From Malacoraja senta (taxonomy: Eukaryota), in contig CM075991.1 of NCBI GenBank assembly GCA_038087875.1, forward strand, positions 11,596,001-11,660,000: DNA of 64,000 nucleotides. The letters are read 5' to 3'. The notes below the pieces were generated by a model. The model did no database searches, was not told the origin of the DNA, and saw only the letters and a program-made list of their open reading frames with translations. Below are positions 52,409 through 64,000 of the stretch, piece after piece. A program made the translations under genes and the position numbers. Numbering within the stretch: position 1 is the stretch's first letter; each line of letters opens with the position of its first letter.

Positions 52409-54128
52409 CTGAAAATGCCAATGTCATAGGTCATCAGAATAATCACAGCAGGAAAACAGGGGTTGTGCTAGTGTAAGCTTGACCAGCTTACAACCCAGCG
52501 GTATGAGTCTTGACTTCTCTAACGCCAAGTAACCCTTGCTTTCCCTCTCTCCCCCAACCTAGAACTCCGACTAGTTTCACTTTCCTCCTGATTAATTTGA
52601 CTGTTTGTGTGCCTCGTTGTCACCTTCCCCTCCGCTAACAATGAACCATTCTAAATATCACTGAACATCGTCTGCTTTGATCTGTCATTTTCACACCTTA
52701 CCCTTCCATATCCCCAGTCTCCCTGTCCCCTGACTCTTAGTCTGAAGAAGGGTCCCGACCCAAAACATCACCCATATGCTGCTCTCCAGAAATGCTGTCT
52801 GTCCCGCTGAGTTACTCCAGCATTTTGTGTCTATCTTCAGTTATGGTGAAAGGGTGTTATTCTGTCTGGAGTGTGCAACCAGTAGAATTCCAACGGGATC
52901 AGTGCTGGGACCTCTATTGCTTGTGATATATATAGACGACTTGGACGTAAATGTAAATGTAGATGGGTTGATTAGTGAGCTTGCAGACGAGACTAAAGTT
53001 TGTGGAGATGCGGACAGTGTGGAAGGCTACAAAAGTATACAACAGGATATAGATCAAAGATAGACTCAAAATGCTGGAGTAACTCAGCGGGACCGGCAGC
53101 ACATCTGGAGAGAAGGAATGGGTGACGTTTCGGGTCGGGATCCTCCTTCAGGATATAGATCAGCTACGGATATGGCAGATGAGAGATGAATCTGAGCATG
53201 TGTGAGGTGTTGCACTTTGGGAGGCGAATGCAAGGGGAAAGGACACAGTTAATGGTAAAACCCTGAAAAGCATTGATGTAGAGAGATATCTTGGGTTCCA
53301 AGTTCACAGTTTCCTGAAAGTGGCAACACAAACTGATAGAGTGGTAAAGGTGACTTATGGTATGCGTAACTTCATCCTTTGGAGGAGTAGGAAAGAACTG
53401 CAGGTGCTGGTTTAAATCGAAGGTAGACACAAATGCTGGAGTAACTCAGCAGGACAGGCAGCATCTATGGAGAGAAGGAATGGGTGACGTTTCGGGTCAG
53501 GACGTTTCGGTCCAAGAAGGGTCTCAACCCAAAAAGTCACCCATTCCTCTTCTCCAGAGATGCTGCCTGTTACTCCAGCATGTTGTGTCTATCTTCATCC
53601 TATGGGACACTGACTATGATAGTCATGAAGTCACGTTGCAGCTTTATAGGGCTTTTAGGTCGCATTAGAGTATTGTGATCAGTTCGGGTTGGTCCATTAC
53701 AGGAAGGATGTGGAAGATTTGGAGAGGGTGCAAAAGAGGTTTACAAGAATGCTGCCGGGATTAGAGGGCATTCGCTATAAGGAGAATGGAACACTAAGTA
53801 CTGAAGTAACTCAGCAGGTCAGGCAGCATCTCTAGAAGACATCCTGGGGTAAGTACAGGTGATGTTTCGGGTTGGGACCCTTCTTCAGATAGCTATGAAG
53901 AGAGAGGGAGAATGTACAAACTCCGTACAGAAAGCACCTGTCATCTCTGGCGCTGTAAGGCAGCAACTCTACCGCTGCACTGCTATACATTTACTTCTCC
54001 ATATGAGAACAATTCACATCGAGAAGGGAAGGTACGGCAACTCAATCAATTCTGCACCACATCAATGCAATCAAGATCACTTACTACGGATAAAATGCCA
54101 CTTAACAGTGTGTTTGAGTGATGCTCAC

Positions 54129-54184
54129 CTCCAGTTCCCGCCACCCGCAAGTCATTGCTGTTGCCCTCATATGTAAACAGTGCC
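54129..54184 (-). CDS. DBNL: Drebrin-like protein exon 2 (ADF-H domain)
   Basis: gttgcag|G ALFTYEGNSNDLRVAGTG G|gtgagc; 56 bp, phase 2-1. Confidence 0.97.
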
Positions 54185-55045
54185 CTGCAACAACAAAAAA
54201 ACAAGGTGTTTTAGACTATCTCAGGGTACTGTACAAAAAGCACTGGAATCAACAGGAAATAACCAGAAACTGCAGTTCTTTCTCCATACAGCCTATCTAA
54301 ATTTCTTTTAAATGCTCGTAGGGGTACTAACCACACAACCTAGTATAGGTATTAACTTCTTAAAGTTAATGCTTAAGGAACTGCTTAAAGTTCAACAAGT
54401 GTTTGTAAGCTATGAGATGGAGGTCAGATTGCAAACCGGCTTCACAAGGTCAGTCAAAGGCACTGGACTACCAATATGCACTTCAAAATACAGAAGGCCC
54501 GCAGTGCACATGGAAAACTACTTCCTTTTATGAAGCTTTGTGACCTTCCAAGGCCACGTAAACATTAGTTCCTCCTTTAAGTTTCAAGTCATTAAAGTGA
54601 ACTGCATCACAAAGCTGCTTTTCCTCGACCCGAAACGTCGCTGATTCCTTCCTTCGCTCCGTAGATGCTGCCTCAGCCGCTGAGTTTTCTCCAGCATTTT
54701 TGTCTACCTTCGATCTTTCCAGCATCTGCAGTTCTTTCCAATAGATTAAACATTCTTCCATTAAATAAAGAGGCCAGCGTTGTAGACACTTGAACGGATC
54801 TCACCAATGCCCGATGAGGCAGAGGAACAGCAGGGCAGTGGGACTGACTGCATTACTCTTGCCGAGTGCCAGCACAAACTATACGGGCCAAATGGCCTCC
54901 ATGCCACAATTTTCCAATTCTAAGCAATGGAGGGAAATATTGCTGCGTGAAACTGGATTGCACCAATCCACAGAATCAAGGGTAGTGGGGGAAGTGTATG
55001 GAAAGGAAGAGGATTACAGTTCAAGCCAAGTTCTATTATTGTGCA

Positions 55046-56066
55046 GGTACACAAAAATGCTGGGGAAACTCAGCGGGTGCAGCAGCATCTATGGAGCGAA
55101 GGAAATAGGCAACGTTTCGGGCCGAAACCCTTCTTCAGACTGATTGGGGGTGGGGGAGAAGAAAAAGAAAAAAGGCGGAGGAGGAGCCCGAGGCTGGGGG
55201 ATGGGAGGAGACAACCAGAGGGATGATGAAGAGGAGGGGACAGCAAAGGGTTAGCAGAGTTGGGAGAATTCGATGTTCATGCCCCCAGGATGTAGACTGC
55301 CCAAGCGGAATATGAGGTGCTGTTCCTCCAATTTCCGGTGTTGCTCGCTGTGGCCATGGAGGAGACCCAGGACAGAGAGGTCAGATACGGAATGGGAAGG
55401 GGAGTTGAAGTGCTGAGCCACCGGGAGGTCAGGTAGGTTATTGCGGACCGACCGGAGGTGTTCGGCGAAACGATCGCCAAGCCTCCGCTTGGTCTCACCA
55501 ATGTAGATCAGCTGACATCTAGAGCAGCGGATGCAATAGATGAGGTTGGAGTAGATGCAGGTGAACCTCTGTCGCACCTGGAACGACTGCTTGGGTCCTT
55601 GAATGGAATCGAGGGGGGAGGTGAAGGGACAAGTGTTGCATCTCTTGCGGTTGCAAGGGAAAAGTAACCGGGGAGGGGGTGGTACGGGAGGGAAGGGAAG
55701 AAATTGACAAGGGAGTTACGGAGGGAGCGGTCTTTGCGGAAGGCAGACATGGGGGGAGATGGGAAGATGTGGCGAGTGGTGGGGTCACGTTGGAGGTGGC
55801 GAAACTGACGGAGGATCACTTGTTGTATGTGACGGCTGGTGGGATGAAAGGTGAGGACTAGGGGGACTCTGCCCTTGTTGTGAGTGGGGGAATGGGGAGA
55901 GAGAGCAGTGTTGCGGGGTATGGCAGAGACCCTGGTGCGAGCCTCATCTATGGTGGAGGAGGGGAACCCCCGTTCCCTGAAGAATGAGGACATTTCGGAT
56001 GCCCTGGTGTGGAACGCCTCATCCTGGGAGCAGATGCGGCGTAGACGGAGGAATTGAGAGTGGGGA
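55046..56066 (-). mobile_element. 5'-truncated Penelope-like element (RT C-terminal region, GIY-YIG endonuclease, 3' region with hammerhead core)
   Basis: SQFLRLRRICS...GFP..., NLIYCIRCSRCQLIYIGETKRRLGDRFAEH...EEQHLIFRLGSLHPGGMN; flanked by a 14-bp direct repeat TCTATTATTGTGCA. Confidence 0.92.
55108..55142 (-). ncRNA. Minimal type I hammerhead ribozyme motif
   Basis: cagt-CTGAAGA-a-GGGT-TTCG-GCCC-GAAA-C-GTT-gcc: intact core, stem II with a UUCG loop, palindromic ACGU in place of stem III. Confidence 0.7.
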
Positions 56067-57283
56067 TCTATTATTGTGCAACCTTGTAACACAAAACACC
56101 AACAGGCTTCCGTGTAGATAACACACAGAACAAGTAATTCAACATTTTTAGCAGCGAGAATCTACTGCTTGTTCGGCAGCCCCTGAGGCGTGTGAATAAA
56201 CACTCCATCTCTGTGGGTTCTAAGGTGTCTGGTGAGGCCAATGCGGAACCACCGGGCCCGATTACAGGCGAGGGTTAGTGGACTTCAGAGACATAGCGTG
56301 GAAACAGGCCCTTCAGCCCGAGTTCACGCCAACATACGTGGTTGTTCAAGGGGAGGGACGTCGGTTTGCGTGCCGATCTAGTCAAAGGCAATGGCTGAAG
56401 GCCCTGGAGGAGCCTGGGGCTCACCAGGATCGGGAATTGCTCCAGTAGACTGAGCACAGGCAGACTGGACTTTGCACTGTGGAAATGATGCCAAAAACAT
56501 GGCCGCTCCCGCATGTGTAAACATGTAAAAGAAAATTTCACACTGCAGTTACATATGTGACATACAAAGCATCACTGAACAGCTTCTTCCCTTCTTATCA
56601 GGCTTCTGAATAGCTCTTTCACATGGGAGGGGAGTGTCAGATTCACAGTGACACCATTACGGATATTGGACTTTGTCTACGGAACTGATGCGCTACAATG
56701 CTGCAAACTATATCCTGCACCATGTATCTTTGCTCTATCTATTGCACTTGAGTTTAGCTTGATATATTTGTGTATAGTATTCTCTATTCTGTTTGGATAG
56801 CATGTAAGACAAAGGTTTTTCCTGGGTACATGAGATAACAATAAACCTAAAGAGTTATTTTCATGGGTTTGATTAGTCCTTTTCACCTTTAATGCCTACG
56901 TGTGAGACACCATCAAAAATATTTAAACAATGCTTCACAAGTTCAACTTCGAAACCTGGATATGTTTTAACTTGCATGCTAAGCATGAATCATCAGACCT
57001 ATGTTTGTTGAAAGTATAAATCAAAAACCCATAACACTTACCCAGCATTTTGTATCTATCTCCAGTGTAAACCAGCATTTGCAGTTCCTTCCGACATCTT
57101 ATCTATCAGTATTGGTTGATTATTGTCACAAGCACCGATACAGTGAAATAACTTTGTTTTGCGTTTTATCCGCTGGCAACATCTGTACAAAGTTTCTCAA
57201 TAAACTTATTTACGGGTTGAACGTGGAACTTGCTCCACTGGGGGTGGTTAAGACCAGCAAACACTCAAGAAGCAACCGGATAA

Positions 57284-57525
57284 AGGGCCTGAACCACTTA
57301 CTCAATATTTTCCGGCGACTTGCCGGCATCCGTCAAAGTCGCAGCAGGTCACTGAAATTTTTCAAAATGAAAAATCCAAAAGGAACGACTCTTTGGGCGA
57401 CTACTCACGACCAAACAGGCGTCACCCCGCGACATGTCGTGAGTAGTCGCCCAAAGAGTCTTACCTTTTCTGGTCGCCGCTGGATTTTCAACATTTTGAG
57501 AATTATCGGTGACCTGCTGCGACTC
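57284..57525. mobile_element. Truncated, degenerate copy of the AGGGCC-TIR MITE
   Basis: AGGGCCTGAACCACTTAC start; interior (ggcgacttgccggcat...gtcgcagcaggt) resembles 15075-15342. Confidence 0.7.
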
Positions 57526-59449
57526 AGACACTGCGAGCAGGACACATTCATGAAGAGTGCTTAAGTGTTGCAAGACTTGTTTAAGAGAAAGGACTCAAAG
57601 AGGTATGAGACGTTGCTCAGTTCGGGTAACACAAGGTCGAGGGCAGCATTTTGAATTTAAAGGTCTTATATTATAGCTAGATAGAATTAAAACAACAGAT
57701 AAACTGTGCACATGCTGATCTGCTGAATTATGTGACTATTGCACTGGTTCCGTATTCACTGCCCTTCTTCCCATTGCTATGTGTTCCTGTAAGTTCCTTA
57801 TTTCAGAAATACCTTGCTAAACTGCATATGATCACATGACTTTTCAAACATATCAAATTCTAAGTTTTGCAGATCAATATAGAGTTCACTCCAATAGAAC
57901 AGCAATCACAGAATCCACCATTATTTCTCTTCCCTCCCTGTGTTGTTCTATTGTACGGCTCACTTCACACACATTCTTTCTCAGCATATCAGCAATACAA
58001 GGTACATTCAATCTTCTCCTCTGACAATTGTCCACGGTCCATTGTCTAACTACAGACAACACTGTCGTTTGTTCCAGGGTACAAAGCACATGAAATGCCA
58101 CCAAATGCCCTTACAAGTCATTCACCTTCCTGACAGTTTTCCATATTAATTCATCTGTACTGGTTCTAAAACCTGGGAACTCCCTGTACAATAGCTCTGT
58201 GTAAAAATCTTCAGATAATGGTTCAAGACAGCTCGCCAACATCTTCTCAAGGGCTTGGCCCTGCAAGGACAGTACTGAGGAAGTATCATCCTAGGGTAAT
58301 TGCTCAACTCACCACCTCTGGAAACCCCTTTATATCTTAAACCCAGGATTGAATAAGAAAAGATCACGCAAGTCAGATCAATCCCACATTATCAAGGATT
58401 TTTTTAAATTTCCAATCTAAATCCAAATATTAATATGGAGAATCCAAAATCTACAGTAACACATTTTCAGATTAGAGACACAGAGAAATGTTAACAGAAC
58501 ACTTGGTAGCCTGCTTACTTATTAGTCATCCAGTTACATATCACTCGCGTAACACTCCTAATTACAATACTTCATCACTGCACCCCAACCTCCATCTCCA
58601 AATGCCAGATCAGAGACATCTTACAATTCACACAGAATAGTTACAACCGAGAATGGTTACAAGCATACACGTTAACATGGATGCTCTGATTCTTGTTTCC
58701 AGAACTGATTGGTTTGTGCTTTATTCCTGCACCCATATTTTTGAGTAATATTTGCAATTTTCTGGACACCAGACACCACCCCTGAAGCCACAGATGTTTG
58801 GAAACATGTAGCCAGCACCTCTGCAATTACCTTCAGCAATATAGATAGGGTGCATCAGTCTCATCTGCACCAGGTGATTCGTCCATTTTAAGTGCAGACT
58901 GCTAGACCTCTTTGTTAACTAACTTTTAGCCCATTCAGAATCTCAACTATATTTTCCTCTGCCGTCGCAGGGTAAACACTATCACACAGACTGCCTAGCA
59001 AGTCGTTCAGTATCTCCTTTGTCCCCATGAATGCATTTGCTTTTCACTGTCACTTCAACCCTGCCTCTTATAGACCTGTCATGCGCACAGTCCTACAGAA
59101 TTACTGGATTTCCCTTATTCTTGCTGAACAACTTCTCTCAAGTCCTTTGCCGCAATCTCCTTATTTTACTTCGCTTCTGAAACTTCCATAAATAGGTTGG
59201 TTCACATACATTAACAATCCGACATATTTTATATGCTCCACCTTATTCTCTTGCTGTGGTAATCTAGGAAGTTCTGCTAATAGTTTATGTACCCTCTCTC
59301 TCAAGGGAAGTACCTAAACCACAACCAAAACTTATGAACATAAAAGCTATGAATGTGAGTAGGCCCTTGGCCTTTCAATCCTGCCACATTAGTCATTGAC
59401 ATTATGGCCTTGTTTGGTAGGGAAACCAAAACTGTATTCACCATCTACA

Positions 59450-59770
59450 AAAGAGATTCCACCCCTAGATATGCTTTTCCTCATTCCTCCCCTTCAGAGA
59501 GGAAGGGCTGCTCATAAGGACTGTTCCCTTAGCAACTCTGTGGTTCAATCTTCCGTTCCCATCAACCACCCCACACGGATGTCTCCCTTGCAACTACAAG
59601 CAATGCCACAGTTGTCCTTTCACCTCTTCCCCCCCCCCGCCCCACCCCCCACCGTACGCGGACACAGAATTTTCATCTTCCAGAATTTTCACTTGCACTA
59701 CCAATCTAACACTGCATTCAATGTTCACAATGCTGTCTCCTCTGCACAGGAGGAACCAGAGGCAGGATGG
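59450..59770 (+). mobile_element. Old degenerate Penelope fragment
   Basis: Patchy similarity to the reverse complement of 55480-55780. Confidence 0.5.
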
Positions 59771-60035
59771 GACAGGGTGATCACATCTGCTCTCCCGCAG
59801 GAGGGAGGGTGGCAGTCAAATCCAGGGTGGAGGGGGAAGAGCGCGATCGCATCTCCCCAGGATGGGAGAGGGTTGGTCACATCTTCTCCAAGGCAGTCAC
59901 ATCCAGGGTGGAGGGGGTGGCCATATCCCTCCAGGGGGTGGAGGATAGAGTGGGCAACAGGCCCCCAGGGAAGGGTAGTGGGGGGGGGGGGGGGCGACAA
60001 AGCCCCCAGGGTGGGGGGAGTCGGTAAACTCCATC

Positions 60036-60235
60036 NNNNNNNNNNNNNNNNNNNNNNNNNNNNNNNNNNNNNNNNNNNNNNNNNNNNNNNNNNNNNNNNN
60101 NNNNNNNNNNNNNNNNNNNNNNNNNNNNNNNNNNNNNNNNNNNNNNNNNNNNNNNNNNNNNNNNNNNNNNNNNNNNNNNNNNNNNNNNNNNNNNNNNNNN
60201 NNNNNNNNNNNNNNNNNNNNNNNNNNNNNNNNNNN
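60036..60235. other. Assembly gap (200 N)
   Basis: Run of N. Confidence 1.
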
Positions 60236-60658
60236 TTTACGAACTTATGCGTTTGGTTAGTTTAGAGATACAGCATGCAAACAGGCCCTTCGGCCCACCG
60301 AGTCCATGCTGACCAGTCCCTCACACCAGAGACAATTTACAGAAGCCAATTAACCTACAAACCCGCACGTCTTTGGGATGTGGGAGGAAACCGGAGCACC
60401 CGGAGGAAACCCACGCGGTCACAGGGAGAACGTGCAAACTCCACACAGACAGCACCCGAGGTCAGGATCGAACTCGGGACAGCAGCTCTACCCGCTGTGC
60501 CACCCTGTTATAGAGTTATTCAGAACATCGACAGGCCTTCAGGCAAGGGTGAGAGGAGGCAGCGGGGAGAGGGGGGTTGTTAGTGTGAGGGAGGGGCAGG
60601 GAACACACAAGGCCCGTTCACCATCACACACAGTGCACACTAACACACACTGACCCAC

Positions 60659-60738
60659 CATTCGGTGAAGATATCTTGGGTCCTCCTGTGCATCGTGTGT
60701 CTCCGAATCCAGTCCTGGTGTCTCCGTGATGTGCCGGT
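60659..60738 (-). CDS. SORBS3: Candidate vinexin-like exon after the SoHo domain
   Basis: ctctgtccacag|AC...ATG|gtgggt; DRHITETPGLDSETHDAQEDPRYLHRM; its phase-1 start fits the upstream exons, but I recognise no homology. Confidence 0.5.
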
Positions 60739-60914
60739 CTGTGGACAGAGGGAGACGTGAGCCGGGCCCCAGGGTGGCGACCACTGACCCACTGACCCTG
60801 GGGCCAGCAGTGCCGTGTGGGTCAGAGGCTGTGTGACCGCCGTGGACTCCTGACATGAGGACACACGGGGAGTGGACACTGTCACTTACAGGACTGACCG
60901 TCACGCGGGGGGCC

Positions 60915-61432
60915 GTACACGAGGGTCAGTTACACGAGGGTCAGTTACACCAGGGTCAGTTACACCAGGGTCAGTTACACCAGGGTCAGTTACACCAGGG
61001 TCAGTTACACGAGGGTCTGTTACACCAGGGTCTGTTACACCAGGGTCAGTTACACCAGAGTCAGTTACACCAGGGTCAGTTACACTAGGGTCAGTTACAC
61101 CAGGGTCAGTTACACGGGGGTCAGTTACACGAGGGTCTGTTACACCAGGGTCAGTTACACCAGGGTCAGTTACATGAGGGTCAGTTACACCAGGGTCTGT
61201 TACACCAGGGTCAGTTTACACCAGGGTCAGTTACACGAGGGTCTGTTACACCAGGGTCAGTTACACCAGGGTCAGTTACACCAGGGTCAGTTACACCAGG
61301 GTCTGTTACAACCAGGGTCAGTTACACCAGGGTCAGTTACACCAGGGTCTGTTACACCAGGGTCAGTTACACCAGGGTCAGTTACACGAGGGTCTGTTAC
61401 ACCAGGGTCTGTTACACCAGGGTCAGTTACAC
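60915..61432. repeat. 15-bp minisatellite (CCAGGGTCAGTTACA)n
   Basis: Directly visible tandem array. Confidence 0.97.
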
Positions 61433-61470
61433 GCTGGGAACGGCCAGCAATAAGTGAGTGTGTAACGTAC

Positions 61471-61512
61471 CGTGCTGTGTGTCGGTGACATCGGTTACAT
61501 CAGACTCCGTGC
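61471..61512 (-). CDS. SORBS3: Candidate 42-bp symmetric exon of the vinexin-like gene
   Basis: gttccctcacag|GC...G|gtacgt; GTESDVTDVTDTQH; phase 1-1. Confidence 0.5.
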
Positions 61513-61635
61513 CTGTGAGGGAACAACACACGTTTACCGCAAATCCCGGCACCACTGACACGATCCCCACCCCCACAGCAATTCCACACCATCCCAACTA
61601 CCACAGCATTCCTATTCCCACAGTATACCCACCCC

Positions 61636-61895
61636 CACACCTGTCCCCTCCCCCACCTGTCCCCCCCACTTGTCCCCCCCACCTGTCCCCACCCTCCCCC
61701 ACCTGTCCCCCCTCCCCCACTGGTCCCACTCCCCCACCGACCCCCCTCCCCCACCTGTCCCCCTCCCCCTCCTGTCCCCTCCCCCACCTGCCCCCCTCCC
61801 CCACCTGTCCCCCTCCCCCTCCTGTCCCCTCCCCCACCTGTCCCCCCTCCCCCACCTGTCCCCCTCCCCCACCTGTCCCCATCCCCTCCACACCT
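61636..61895. repeat. C-rich minisatellite (CCCCACCTGTCCCCT-like)
   Basis: Directly visible. Confidence 0.9.
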
Positions 61896-61916
61896 GTGGC
61901 CCAGGTGAGCAGTTAC

Positions 61917-61980
61917 CTGTGGGTTTGTAGTGGATCTGGCTGAACATTTTCCTGTACCAGTCCCGTGGTTTGTCCACACT
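61917..61980 (-). CDS. SORBS3: Vinexin-like SoHo domain, second exon
   Basis: SVDKPRDWYRKMFSQIHYKPT resembles vinexin SVDRPKDWYRRMFQQIHRK; AG/GT ends. SORBS family is secure, the paralogue less so. Confidence 0.82.
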
Positions 61981-62779
61981 CTGGCAGCGGGGGGGAAGGG
62001 TGAGTCCAGGGGGGGGAGGGGGAGAGGGAGGGGAGAGGGAGGGGGAGGGGGAGAGGAAGGGGGAGGTGGGAGGGGGAGGGGGAGGGGAGAGATGGAGAGA
62101 AGAGAGAGGAAGATAAGCAGAGATAGGAAGGGGAGGGGGAGGGGGAGGGGGAGGGGGAGGGGAGGGGGTGGGAGAACCAGAGGCCGGGATTCAGAGAGGG
62201 AGGGGTGAGGGGGGAGGGAGTGCGGGAATGAGGGACCAAGAAATGGTGAGTGCAAGGGGAGAGGGAGATGGGAGAGAGGAACATGGGGAGAGACATAGGG
62301 AGAGTTAGAACTCATGGTCCATTCTCACTCCATGACCCCCCCCCCCCCTCCCACCCAACCCCCTCCCCGGTCCACCCTTCCCCCACCCTCCCTTCTCCCA
62401 CAATTCACCCTCACCCCCTCTCCATCCCTCTCCCCTAACCCAAGTAAAACAAAACTGAACCAAAACAATGGTGAACCCACTTCTTCCCCGCTGTTATCAG
62501 GCTTCTGGACGGTCCTTCCATAAGCTGGGGTACTGTCCTATTCACTTCTACCCCATTGCGGACATTGGACATTGTCTGTGGGACTGATGTGCTACAACGC
62601 TGAGAACTATATTCTGCACTGTGTATCTTCCCCTTTGCTCTTCCTGTTGAACTGGAGTTTGACTGGATTGTGTTAATGTGTGGTCTGTCTGATCTGTTTG
62701 GACAGCGTGTATAGCAAAGCTTTTCCTGTACCTCGGTACACGTGACGGTAATAAACCTGGTGAGGGTCTGAGCATATCA

Positions 62780-63050
62780 GTGTCGTGTGTCACGCGTGTC
62801 GTATGTCACCCGTGTCATATGTCACCGTGTCGTATGTCACCCGTGTCGTATGTCACCCATGTCGTATGTCACCAGTGTCATATGTCATGCATGTCGTATG
62901 TCACCGGTGTCATATGTCCACCCGTGTCGTATGTCACCGTGTCGTATGTCACCAGTGTCATATGTCATGCATGTCGTATGTCACCCGTGTCGTATGTCAC
63001 CCGTGTCGTATGTCACCCGTGTCGTATGTCACCCTTGTCATATGTCACCC
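62780..63050. repeat. ~16-bp minisatellite (GTGTCGTATGTCACCC)n
   Basis: Directly visible. Confidence 0.95.
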
Positions 63051-63085
63051 ATGTTCTCCGTCACGCTAGTCACGCCACCACTCAC

Positions 63086-63179
63086 CGGTCGGGAGGCGAT
63101 GGGCATGCCAGCTTCATCCGTGGGCCCAGCCCCGTCATATTTCACCCGATCCTCTCCAGTGTGGACGTCTTTGCCTTGC
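63086..63179 (-). CDS. SORBS3: Vinexin-like SoHo domain, first exon (acceptor uncertain; may extend to 63227)
   Basis: RVKYDGAGPTDEAGMPIASRP|gtgagt resembles vinexin WVKYEGIGPVDESGMPIAPRS. Confidence 0.8.
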
Positions 63180-63541
63180 CTACGGCCCCGGTGGCCAGAC
63201 CCATGAGGGGCGAGTGGGGTGGGGTCCCTAGACCTCAATCATCAATAAATCAATAAATCAAAGACTTTATTGTCATTCAAAAAGACACCAACAAATGCAG
63301 TCTGAACGAAATGTCGTTGCATCTGGCTCACCGTGCAGATAAAATAACAAAAGGATATAATAGATAAAAAAGATAAATAGATAATGGTGGCACCACATTA
63401 GATGGAATTCAAGTCTGGTGGCTCGGGGAAGAAGCTGTTGCAAAACCTGGCCGTTCTGCACCTTATACAACGGAGCCCGGCATCAACAGAATTCCCTCCG
63501 CACCCCCTCCCCAAACATCTCCGCACCGTCTAGAGGGAGCT

Positions 63542-63577
<36 letters not shown>

Positions 63578-64000
63578 AAACCCCCCTCAGCTCACAGCCC
63601 CAACCCACACAAGGATATGTGTCGGGGGTTACGAGGGAGAAGGCAGGAGAATGGGGTGGACAGGAAAGATAGATCAGCCATGACTCGATGGGCCCGAATG
63701 GCCTAATTCTGCTCTTATCACTTGTGAACATTGGAGTAGCGGTAGGCCACTCAGGCCCCTCTATGCTGCCCCACCATTCTGGGTCTGACACTGAGATAGG
63801 AAGGGTAAGGTGTGAGACCAAGACATCAAAGGAGATGCAGGTCCAGGCAATGCAGAGTAGATCACTGCCAGCTGGGAGAAGCTGACAACAAAGCGGACAG
63901 AGATAAAGTTTAATCAGGGGTCAGTCAGACTGGTCGGAGAACTGGGAATGGGGTGGGTTGGAGAAGGAGGGAAAGCAAGGGTTACGAAGTTAGAGAAGTC

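Noticed and set aside
60855..61488. PGSVT/HQGQL repeat proteins or a CRISPR-like array
   Set aside because: Head-to-tail 15-mer with no unique spacers, intronic and eukaryotic.

Overview
Repeat-rich vertebrate genomic DNA, most likely a cartilaginous fish (skate/ray; inferred from the V-SINE, CR1, L2, Rex1 and Penelope repeat mix), with two 200-N gaps. Three minus-strand genes are visible. (1) DBNL (drebrin-like/HIP-55): I reconstructed coding exons 2-15 (54184 down to the stop at 31948), all with GT-AG boundaries and compatible phases. Exon 1 is not in the called sequence and probably lies in the 60036-60235 gap. (2) SoHo-domain exons of a vinexin-like gene (probably SORBS3) at 60.6-63.2 kb, whose SH3 exons are missing at the same gap. 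(3) The apparent 5' end of an unidentified gene at 11.5-16.9 kb, with a CpG/Sp/CCAAT minisatellite promoter and a candidate upstream ISRE/EICE-driven alternative first exon. The most notable non-genic signal is about 20 copies of a short Penelope-derived element carrying a minimal hammerhead-ribozyme core (CTGAAGA-stem-GAAAC-GTH). Some copies have target-site duplications and several are inverted pairs. The window also holds Harbinger-like MITEs, a ~0.9 kb foldback element, a Hero-like RLE retroposon end and several minisatellites. No database searches were run; all family assignments come from motif recognition.
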